A DNA stretch of 63,639 bases, counting the filler, from Candidatus Woesearchaeota archaeon (lineage in GTDB: Archaea > Nanobdellota > Nanobdellia > Woesearchaeales > CG1-02-33-12): assembly GCA_018399355.1 (NCBI GenBank). It is 7 parts of 7 records of this genome, joined end to end, with 100 filler letters (N's around TTAATTAATTAA, not from the genome) between each part and the next. Parts side by side here need not be neighbours in the genome. Positions count along the whole stretch, not along the records: positions 1 to 10,282 come from JAGYOA010000032.1; 6 more parts are not named here. One strand, given 5' to 3'. A model generated the notes under the pieces. The model ran no database searches, had not been told where the DNA came from, and saw nothing but the letters and a program-made list of their open reading frames with translations. Positions 1-8,134 of the stretch are shown piece after piece (position 1 is the stretch's first letter; each line of letters begins with the position of its first letter). A program made the translations under genes and the position numbers.

Positions 1-12
1 TAAATTAAATAT

Positions 13-231
13 ATGGAAATAGAAAAAATAGATACCAACCCAGCGATAATAACAGAAAAAAAAGAGGGTGATAATCTAATAAAAGAAACAACATACAAAG
101 AACCTAAAATACAGAAAGAAATAATAAACATTCCAGAACTACAAGCTAAGATAGATAAATATACAAGAGCAAAAGAACAATGGGAAGCTAACATAAAACC
201 CCAAGATATAAATACGATAATCTTATCCTAG
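13..231 (+). CDS. hypothetical protein (72 aa)
   Basis: ATG-started charged ORF with no recognisable motif; its 3' end overlaps the probable TATA box of the next gene. Confidence 0.35.
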   Translation: MEIEKIDTNPAIITEKKEGDNLIKETTYKEPKIQKEIINIPELQAKIDKYTRAKEQWEANIKPQDINTIILS

Positions 232-235
232 AGCC

Positions 236-1726
236 ATGGTTAAAAAGGAATATATATGGCTTGGCCTGATATTTGTTGTTGTCTTGGGCCTGAGGCTTTA
301 TTTTGCATTTCAGACTCCTTATTTTGATGAAGAAGCTTATTTTAACATAAAGCAGGTAGAACATATAACAAAGACAGGACTGCCTATTTTCAAAGATAGT
401 TTAAGCTATTCAGGGAGAAACCTCCTTTTCCAGCCTTTCTTCCATTATATTCTGGCTTTCTTTAACATTTTCATACCTTTAACACTTGTATGTAAGCTTA
501 TCCCTAATATACTCGCTTCTTTATTAGTTATCATAACTTATATGCTTGTTTTAAGGCTAACAAAAAATAAAACAGCTGCTTTGTTTTCTTCTTTTATATC
601 AGGATTCATCCCAATATATTTTGGAAGCACTATAAATAGTGTTTCAGCTTATACACTAATTATTCCCCTGATATTTTTTATTATATATTGTTTTTTCATG
701 ATTAATAATAACAAGAAATTCATAAATTATTTTATTGTTTCAGTGTCACTGCTGGCTTTTGCGCATTCATCTGCTTTTATCTTTATAATGGCATTTGTGA
801 TATACTTGTTGCTTGTTAAGTTTGAACATTTACCCATTAGGCGTTCAGAAATAGAGCTTATAATCTTCTCAAGCATGCTTATATTATGGATTAATTTTAT
901 AATTTACAAGAATGCGTTTCTTTTGCATGGGCATAACCTGATATGGCAGAATATTCCTCTGGAAATTCTGGGAAACTATTTTTCTGAAATCAGCCTTTTT
1001 GACGCAATTTATTATATTGGAATAATTCCTTTCTTGCTGGGATTTATTGTTATTTATAGGTATACTTTTAAAAAGAAAAGCAGGTATGTTTATTTTCTTA
1101 TAGGGTTTGCGCTTTCTTCTTTGTTTTTACTTTGGTTTAAGTTAATACAAGTTAATACAGGACTTATATTTCTTGGAGTTATTCTTGTTCTGCTTTTTGG
1201 AAAATACTATCCCGAATTAATCTCTTTTATAGACAAAACAAGAGTTTCAAGGTTCAAAAAGCCAATTATAGGGCTTATTTTTGCTGTTTTTTTGATTAAC
1301 TCTGTTTTGCCTTCAATCAGTTACGCTTCCCAGATGATAAGAAATTCACCTTCAAAAACAGAAATAAATGCTTTTCTGTGGCTTAAGGAAAACACAGAAG
1401 AAGATACTGTTGTTCTCGGAAGCCTTGATGAGGGGTACCTTATAAATGCATTATCTGAAAGAAAGAATGTTTTTGATAATAATTTCATGCTTATAAAAGA
1501 TGCTGAACAGCGTCTTGAGGATGCAAGAAAAATATATACAACAAATTATGAAACGGAGGCAATACGCCTTTTAAATAAATATAACATTAAATATATAATA
1601 ATCTCTAGAAAGGTTATGGAATATTATGGAATCACAGATTTAAGTTATAGTTCAAATGAAAAATGTTTTGAGCTTGTTTATGATAAAAGCACAAAAATAT
1701 ACAAGTCATTATGCAGGATGGATTGA
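236..1726 (+). CDS. GT-C-fold integral membrane glycosyltransferase (PMT/ArnT/STT3-like)
   Basis: N-terminal TM followed by an acidic loop (FDEEAYF), about 11 TMs, and a C-terminal soluble domain (WLKENT..DEGYLI..LLNKYNIKYI) typical of archaeal GT-C proteins. Confidence 0.7.
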   Translation: MVKKEYIWLGLIFVVVLGLRLYFAFQTPYFDEEAYFNIKQVEHITKTGLPIFKDSLSYSGRNLLFQPFFHYILAFFNIFIPLTLVCKLIPNILASLLVIITYMLVLRLTKNKTAALFSSFISGFIPIYFGSTINSVSAYTLIIPLIFFIIYCFFMINNNKKFINYFIVSVSLLAFAHSSAFIFIMAFVIYLLLVKFEHLPIRRSEIELIIFSSMLILWINFIIYKNAFLLHGHNLIWQNIPLEILGNYFSEISLFDAIYYIGIIPFLLGFIVIYRYTFKKKSRYVYFLIGFALSSLFLLWFKLIQVNTGLIFLGVILVLLFGKYYPELISFIDKTRVSRFKKPIIGLIFAVFLINSVLPSISYASQMIRNSPSKTEINAFLWLKENTEEDTVVLGSLDEGYLINALSERKNVFDNNFMLIKDAEQRLEDARKIYTTNYETEAIRLLNKYNIKYIIISRKVMEYYGITDLSYSSNEKCFELVYDKSTKIYKSLCRMD

Positions 1727-1728
1727 GA

Positions 1729-3177
1729 ATGAAACTAAATGAAAAGAATACATTAATTTATATTGTTATAACCACAATAGTTTTATCTTCATCTGTTCTT
1801 TTATTAAGGGAAATATTTTATCAAGGATTGATTGTTGGTGAAATGCCTTACTACCACATGGATTCTGCCAGGACAATCATAGAACAAGGAGGCCTAATAA
1901 AGGACAGCGGATATATTTTTTCTCCCTATCACTATTTTCTTGCATTTGCCGGAAAATATATTGGGATAGAGATTACATCAAAAATCATTTCTTTGATTTT
2001 AGGAATATTTTCCGTTGTTATCTTTTATTTACTTTTAAAGGATTTTAATGTGAATATTGAGGAAAGAGCGCTTATGGTGTCTATTCTTGTTTTTTCTCCA
2101 GCATTTATTTATCTCTCATCTTTTCCAAGCAATTTTTCAATTCCTATTTTTTTCACTCTTTTTGGAACATATCTTTTATTGAAAAAGAATATTTTTCTTT
2201 CTATAGTTTGTTTTTTTTCATTTGCATTTGCAATAACCTTTGGAGTGTTCAACTCTGTGCTTGTTATCTCAATAGTCATTGCATACATAACAAATGAAGC
2301 AATAAAACTTAAAAAACTAAAATCAAAAAAGATTCCATCCAGCTTAAGCAAGGCAGCTGTTTTTCTTTTGCTGTTTTTTATAATATCCTTAGCTTGCTTT
2401 TCGCTGTATCTCAAACCAAAAACAAATTTATTGCAGAAAGAGATTATTATCATCCAGGTAATATCAGACCTTGGCTCCTTAAATGGATTAGGAATTTTCA
2501 GCTTAATTCTTGGATTAGTCGGCTTTTCAATGATATGGAAAAAAAGGAAAGAGTTGCCATTATTATTTTTGCCCTTCCTAATAATAATTTTGTTTATATT
2601 TTATGAAAGCAATATAGTTGTTTATCTTTCATTTATAATTTCTGTTTTTGCAGGAAAGGCTTTTTTTGAGATAATTAAAATGAAATGGGAAATTAAGGCA
2701 GTTAAAAATCTTACAATAATACTGATAGTTTGTGGGATTTTGTTTTCAACTATATCCTATATCAACAGGATAAGCAAGATGAACCCAAACGAGGAGATTG
2801 CAGAAAGTCTTGAATGGCTTAACCATTATTCAATTCAGGATGAAATAGTATTCTCCCATTATTCAAAAGGATTTTGGATAAATTATTTTGCAAATACACA
2901 AGTAATGATTGATCAAAATTTCGAATATTTGCCAGATGCAGAAAAACGCTTTAACGATTCAAATGAGATATTTTATTCAAGAAACCTTGAAAGAACAAGA
3001 GAGCTTTTAAAAGAATACAAAATAAATTATATATGGATTGATAGCGAAATGAAGGAAGGCCTTGTATGGGAAACACCAGATGATGGCCTGCTTTTCTTGT
3101 TTAGAAATAACGAAACATTTAAGAATATATATAATAACCAGGGAGTAGAGATATGGGAAGTAAAAGGTGTTAATTAA
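1729..3177 (+). CDS. GT-C-fold integral membrane glycosyltransferase paralog
   Basis: Same architecture as the upstream gene (GEMPYYH loop, multi-TM, LEWL..SHYSKGFWI..LKEYKINYI); ATG 2 nt after the upstream stop. Confidence 0.65.
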   Translation: MKLNEKNTLIYIVITTIVLSSSVLLLREIFYQGLIVGEMPYYHMDSARTIIEQGGLIKDSGYIFSPYHYFLAFAGKYIGIEITSKIISLILGIFSVVIFYLLLKDFNVNIEERALMVSILVFSPAFIYLSSFPSNFSIPIFFTLFGTYLLLKKNIFLSIVCFFSFAFAITFGVFNSVLVISIVIAYITNEAIKLKKLKSKKIPSSLSKAAVFLLLFFIISLACFSLYLKPKTNLLQKEIIIIQVISDLGSLNGLGIFSLILGLVGFSMIWKKRKELPLLFLPFLIIILFIFYESNIVVYLSFIISVFAGKAFFEIIKMKWEIKAVKNLTIILIVCGILFSTISYINRISKMNPNEEIAESLEWLNHYSIQDEIVFSHYSKGFWINYFANTQVMIDQNFEYLPDAEKRFNDSNEIFYSRNLERTRELLKEYKINYIWIDSEMKEGLVWETPDDGLLFLFRNNETFKNIYNNQGVEIWEVKGVN

Positions 3178-3178
3178 A

Positions 3179-4426
3179 ATGGATTTGCCTAATATAATAC
3201 TATCTGTAGTTTACGTGATTACTCTATTTTATACTGTTTTTTGGCTTATAACTTTTATTGACACCAAGGAAGATAAAAAACATAAAATCAAGCATAATCC
3301 TCTTGTTTCAGTTATTGTTCCAGCTTATAATGAGGAAAAATCTATAAAAGAAACCCTTGATTCACTGATTAGATTAGATTACCCAAAGGAAAGAATAGAG
3401 ATAATAGTTGTTAACGATGGCTCAAAAGACTTAACAGCACAGGTTACAGAAACATTTATCTCAGACAATCCTGGTTGTGATATAAAGCTAATAAATCAGG
3501 AAAATCAGGGCAAATGGGTGGCAATGAACAACGCATTGAAATCTGCAAAAGGAGAGTTTTTTGCATGCCTTGATGCAGACTCTGTTGTTAAGAGCGATGC
3601 ATTAAAGAAAATGACGCCTTATTTTGAGGATAATAATGTTGCAATAGTTCTTCCACTGATAAAAGTAAAAAAACCAAAAAGCATACTTCAGAGATTTCAG
3701 CATTATGAATATATCATTAATTTTTTCTATAAAAAGATAATGGGATGCCTGAATTGCATCCATGTTTCTCCAGGACCTTTCAGTATTTACAGAAAAAGCG
3801 TTTTAAATCAACTAGGAGGATTTAAGGAGGGGCATAACACCGAAGACCTTGAGATTGCATTAAGAGTCCAGAAAAACAACTACAAGATAATTCAGCTTAT
3901 GAATGCAGAGGTTTATACTTCTCTTCCTGGAAATTTTAAGGAGCTTTATCATCAGAGAAACAGATGGAACAAAGGAGCTCTTCTAAATGCCTGGGACTAC
4001 CGAAAGATAATATTCAACAAAAAGTATGGAGATTTTGGGATGATGCAGATGCCGGTTGTCATATGCTCTGGATTTCTTGCAATGACTATAATGCTAATGC
4101 TTCTTTATTTTAATATATTGAAGCCTGTTTTAACTAACTTTTATAACTTAAGCCTTGTTGATTTTGACATAATGCTTTTTATATCTAATTTTAAATTCAG
4201 TATAAATTTCCTTGATTTCAATTATTACAAAGCAATAATTATGATTGTTATACTCACAATAACTTTGATTGTTGTAACTCTTGCTCACAAACACACAAAT
4301 GAAAGGATTATGAAATTTGGATTTTTCCCTCTTGTTTCATATCTTTTCTTTTACTACCTTTTCCTTGGCTTTGTTTGGGTAGGGGTTACAAAGGATTTAA
4401 TACTTAAAAAAACTAAAAAATGGTAA
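3179..4426 (+). CDS. processive GT2 glycosyltransferase (IcaA/PgaC/CesA-like)
   Basis: NDGSKD, CLDADS (DxD), NTEDL (TED) and QRNRW (QxxRW) motifs; N- and C-terminal TMs; AGGTG SD before ATG 3179. Confidence 0.85.
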   Translation: MDLPNIILSVVYVITLFYTVFWLITFIDTKEDKKHKIKHNPLVSVIVPAYNEEKSIKETLDSLIRLDYPKERIEIIVVNDGSKDLTAQVTETFISDNPGCDIKLINQENQGKWVAMNNALKSAKGEFFACLDADSVVKSDALKKMTPYFEDNNVAIVLPLIKVKKPKSILQRFQHYEYIINFFYKKIMGCLNCIHVSPGPFSIYRKSVLNQLGGFKEGHNTEDLEIALRVQKNNYKIIQLMNAEVYTSLPGNFKELYHQRNRWNKGALLNAWDYRKIIFNKKYGDFGMMQMPVVICSGFLAMTIMLMLLYFNILKPVLTNFYNLSLVDFDIMLFISNFKFSINFLDFNYYKAIIMIVILTITLIVVTLAHKHTNERIMKFGFFPLVSYLFFYYLFLGFVWVGVTKDLILKKTKKW

Positions 4427-5118
4427 GAGAACTAAATAAAAAGAGGTACTTAATAGCAGGAATCATAACAGCAGTTATATTTTTATTAGGCATAATGCTT
4501 GGAATGGTTGTTGAAGGGCAAAGAGTACAGTATATTGATAAGATAAACAGAATTGAAAAACTTGATTACACCAGCCTCCAGATTCAGTATGCTTACATTG
4601 AGCAGTTAAGCAGAGAGGAAAACTGCAAAGCTGTTTCAAAAACATTTGAAAGCAGTGTAAAAAGCCTTATTGAAACAAGCGAGCGCCTTGAAAGATATGA
4701 AAAAAATGCCAACCTTAACAAAGAAGAGTTTAAAATTCTTAAAAGAGAGTATATGCTGGCCCAGCTTAACTACTGGCTTTTGGCCCAGAGAACAAAAGAA
4801 ATATGTGATAGTGATTTAGTTACAATACTATATTTTTATTCTACTGACAAGGAATGTCCTAGGTGCGAAGAGCAGGCGTTTATCTTGACTTATCTCAAGC
4901 AAAAATTTGGCAATAATCTATTAATTTTTTCACTTGACTCAACATACACTGACGAGCCAATGATAGAGATGCTTAAGCAGCAGTATGATATGCATGAGTA
5001 TCCCACTCTGATAATTGAAAATAGGAAAGTGGAGGGTTTTGTTTCAAAGAGCGAAATATTAAGCATGATCTGCAAAAAATACAGTGAAAAAACATCTGAA
5101 TGTGAAGGGTATTATTAA
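4420..5118 (+). CDS. membrane-anchored thioredoxin-fold protein
   Basis: N-terminal TM, helical region, then YFYS..CPRC and YPTL (cis-Pro) motifs. Confidence 0.65.
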   Translation: MVRELNKKRYLIAGIITAVIFLLGIMLGMVVEGQRVQYIDKINRIEKLDYTSLQIQYAYIEQLSREENCKAVSKTFESSVKSLIETSERLERYEKNANLNKEEFKILKREYMLAQLNYWLLAQRTKEICDSDLVTILYFYSTDKECPRCEEQAFILTYLKQKFGNNLLIFSLDSTYTDEPMIEMLKQQYDMHEYPTLIIENRKVEGFVSKSEILSMICKKYSEKTSECEGYY

Positions 5119-5576
5119 CTTTTGATTTTTATCAAGTCACCCAAAGTTATTTCTTCTGAAGCTGATTTTATTGTTTCTGTTTTCTTGTCTTCGTATTCTT
5201 CAACAAGTTTTATTTTTAAGAATCTTTCAAGCTTTCTTGCAATATCAATGCTTGGCTCAAACGAGCCAGTCTCAAGGTTATGCACAAGGGATTCTTTTAG
5301 TGAAAGCTTTTTTGCAAAATCCTTTTGCTTTATTCCAAGCTGCTCTCTCTTTTTCTTTATCTTTTCGGCAAAATCAGGGACAATAACATCTATTGTCTGT
5401 TTTTTTGGATCTCTTGGCTTTATTTGCCTTATATTATTGTTTTTTTCATCAGAAACAACCCTTTTTTCAACTATTTTTCCGTATCTTGCACAGTTTCTGC
5501 ATACATTAAGCTCTGTTCCTTCTACTATAGCACTAAAAAGATTTTCCTCTTTGGCTCCGCAAAGGTCGCATTGCAT
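5115..5576 (-). CDS. mbf1: archaeal multiprotein bridging factor 1 (Zn ribbon + HTH)
   Basis: MQCDLCG..VEGTELNVCRNCARYG Zn ribbon, Cro-type HTH, C-terminal TLGD; GGGGTGA SD before ATG 5576. Confidence 0.9.
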   Translation of the reverse strand: MQCDLCGAKEENLFSAIVEGTELNVCRNCARYGKIVEKRVVSDEKNNNIRQIKPRDPKKQTIDVIVPDFAEKIKKKREQLGIKQKDFAKKLSLKESLVHNLETGSFEPSIDIARKLERFLKIKLVEEYEDKKTETIKSASEEITLGDLIKIKS

Positions 5577-5684
5577 AGAATTCACCCCATATTATCCATG
5601 TTAGTTTAGATATTTATAACTTTTGATTTGTGCTTTTATTAGGTTAATTATTTAAATACCTTTTATATTATTGTTTTCAATTAA

Positions 5685-6794
5685 ATGAAAATGACAAAAA
5701 TATCAATACTAAAAACAAAGCCAGAGACAGTGATAAAAGAATATAATAAGCTTTTGAATCTTGCAGACTACACTAAATTTATAAAGAAATCAAATGATAC
5801 TGTTCTTAAGCTTAACCTAAGCTGGTCTTTGTACTATCCTGCATGCTCCACTGAGCCATGGCAGCTTGATGGATTGCTTAATGCAATGAAAAAAGACGGC
5901 TATGACTTTAAAAAAATCCATCCTGTGGAGAACAGGACTGTTGTTACAGATGTGTGGAAAGGAGCAGAAGGCAATAAATGGCTTCCAATACTAAAAAAAT
6001 TTAACCTTAAATATGAGCCCTTAACAGAAACAAAATGGGTAAATTTCAAACCAAAGGCAGAAATGCTTGCCTTAAATGATGTCTTTAAGCCATATGGTTC
6101 AAAGTCAAAATCAGAGCCAGTTTATTCTATACCAAAGATGTTTATTGGAAAAAATGTGATTCATCTGCCTACAATAAAAACCCATGGACATACGCAGATG
6201 ACAGGGGCAATGAAGAATGCTTTTGGTGGCTTAATTACCACTAGAAGGCATCACTGCCATAAAAAGATACATGAAATATTAGTTGATTTGCTTGCAATAC
6301 AAAAAGAGATACACCCAGGGATTTTTGCAGTTATGGATGGAACAGTTGCAGGAGATGGAGCTGGACCAAGGACAATGATACCAAAGATAAAGAATACAAT
6401 TATTGCAGGCTCTGACCAGGTTGCAATAGATGCAGTCTCAGCACATATGATGGGTTATGACCCATTAAAGATACCATTCATAAAGATTGCTCATGACCGC
6501 GGCCTAGGCTGCGGAGATATTGATCAGATTGATTTGAAAGGCATAAGCAAAAACGAATTTAAAAAAATAAATTATCATTTTAAGACAAACAAAAGTATTG
6601 TTATTTACTGGGACCAGATGCTTAGAAGAAAGATAAAGTTTATTGAGCCATTGTTGTTTCATACTCCTCTTTTCAAAATGTGTATATTTGGGTCTGCATT
6701 TTATCATGATTACATCTGGTATAATCTTATAGGAAAGAAAAGAATAAATCAGTTTATGAACACTGAATGGGGCAAACTCTGGAAAAAATACTAA
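5685..6794 (+). CDS. DUF362 domain protein
   Basis: LKLNLSW, HLPTIKTHGHT..TGAMKNAFGG, MDGTVAGDGAGP and DQVAIDAV motifs of DUF362. Confidence 0.8.
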   Translation: MKMTKISILKTKPETVIKEYNKLLNLADYTKFIKKSNDTVLKLNLSWSLYYPACSTEPWQLDGLLNAMKKDGYDFKKIHPVENRTVVTDVWKGAEGNKWLPILKKFNLKYEPLTETKWVNFKPKAEMLALNDVFKPYGSKSKSEPVYSIPKMFIGKNVIHLPTIKTHGHTQMTGAMKNAFGGLITTRRHHCHKKIHEILVDLLAIQKEIHPGIFAVMDGTVAGDGAGPRTMIPKIKNTIIAGSDQVAIDAVSAHMMGYDPLKIPFIKIAHDRGLGCGDIDQIDLKGISKNEFKKINYHFKTNKSIVIYWDQMLRRKIKFIEPLLFHTPLFKMCIFGSAFYHDYIWYNLIGKKRINQFMNTEWGKLWKKY

Positions 6795-6795
6795 A

Positions 6796-7254
6796 ATGAC
6801 AAAAATAATTAAAAATATAACAGATATTTTTTTCAAACAGATTACTGACTTTGGAGGGTTCTTTTTTTACTTTCTTATTTTGGGAACATGCCTTTTTTTG
6901 AATGAGTTAGAGCTTTTTTTTAATCTTTTTTTAAGTTTTATTTTTATCATGGCCATAGGAATATTGATAAAATTAGTTTATTTCAAAGACAGGCCGAAAA
7001 AACAAAGAACAACAAATCTTTTTGAAAAGCTTGATGCGTCAAGCTTTCCCTCTGTTCATGCAATGAGGGCAATATCCATTGCATTCTGGCTTTCATTGTT
7101 TTTTAACAATATCTTTTTTACAATTTATTGTTTTGCGATTGCAATAATGGTTATGTACTCAAGAATTTATTTAAAAAAACATTATTTTATTGATGTCTTA
7201 GGAGGTGTTTTATTTTCAGGAATAATAAACATTTTAATCTGGTGCTATTTATGA
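6796..7254 (+). CDS. PAP2-family membrane phosphatase
   Basis: KLVYFKDRP (Kx6RP), SFPSVH and SRIYLKKHYFID (SRx5Hx3D). Confidence 0.85.
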   Translation: MTKIIKNITDIFFKQITDFGGFFFYFLILGTCLFLNELELFFNLFLSFIFIMAIGILIKLVYFKDRPKKQRTTNLFEKLDASSFPSVHAMRAISIAFWLSLFFNNIFFTIYCFAIAIMVMYSRIYLKKHYFIDVLGGVLFSGIINILIWCYL

Positions 7255-8123
7255 AAATAAAGGATTTTATAAGTTTAATCAGGGTAAGACAGTGGTACAA
7301 GAACCTTGTAATCTTTCTTCCTTTAATATTTGGAATGCAGCTTTTTAATTTATTTTCCATAAAGCAAACTTTTATAGGGTTTTTTTCACTTTGTTTTATA
7401 TCTTCTGCGAACTATATAATAAATGATATAAAAGATAGAAAAAGCGATAAAGAGAATCCTGAAAAAAAACACAGGCCCATTGCTTCGGGATCTGTAAGGC
7501 CTTTTATCGCTTTATTGCTGATGATTATTTTTCTCTTTTCAGGACTATACGCAGCGTCAACACTTTCATTTGTCTTTGCTTTGTTTGCATTGTCCTTGTT
7601 TTTGTTGACGCAGATTTATTCCTTTTTTTTAAAAAAACATGCATTTGCAGACATCCTGATAATTTCAGTTAATTTTGTTTTAAGGGCAATAAGCGGAGCA
7701 TTTGTTATTGCAGATGGCTTTGAGCCTTATATCAGGGTTTCATCATGGCTCATATTATGCCCTTTTTTCCTTGCACTATTTTTGGCAACAAGCAAGAGAC
7801 AGGCAGAGGCAATACTTTTGAAGGGTAACTCAAAAAATCACAGACCAGTCCTTGATTTTTACACAAAAGAAATAACCTCTGCGCTTATAATAATCTCAAC
7901 AACGCTTCTTATAGCATCATATTCATTATATGTTTTCTTCAGCCCTTATCCTAATTTAATATTCACCCTGCCTTTTGTACTTTATGTAATCTTTAAGTTC
8001 TTTTATTTTGCAGAGAAAGGCCAGAAGATAGCAAGACATCCTCATCTTGTTTACAAAGACATTGGAATAGTAATCTCGGGCATGATAATAGCTGCAATGG
8101 CCTTCGTTTCAATATACCTTTAA
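7251..8123 (+). CDS. UbiA-family polyprenyl-phosphate 5-phosphoribosyltransferase (DPPR synthase-like)
   Basis: RVRQWYKN, YIINDIKDRKSD..P.KKHRPIASG and LFLATSKRQAE, signatures of the Rv3806c-type UbiA subfamily; ATGA overlap with the PAP2 stop. Confidence 0.85.
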   Translation: MKIKDFISLIRVRQWYKNLVIFLPLIFGMQLFNLFSIKQTFIGFFSLCFISSANYIINDIKDRKSDKENPEKKHRPIASGSVRPFIALLLMIIFLFSGLYAASTLSFVFALFALSLFLLTQIYSFFLKKHAFADILIISVNFVLRAISGAFVIADGFEPYIRVSSWLILCPFFLALFLATSKRQAEAILLKGNSKNHRPVLDFYTKEITSALIIISTTLLIASYSLYVFFSPYPNLIFTLPFVLYVIFKFFYFAEKGQKIARHPHLVYKDIGIVISGMIIAAMAFVSIYL

Positions 8124-8134
8124 ATTAAGAAAAA

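Noticed and set aside
7251..8123. UbiA protein as archaeal lipid DGGGP synthase or quinone prenyltransferase
   Set aside because: The RQWxKN and KRxxE motifs and the adjacent PAP2 gene fit the phosphoribosyltransferase subfamily better.
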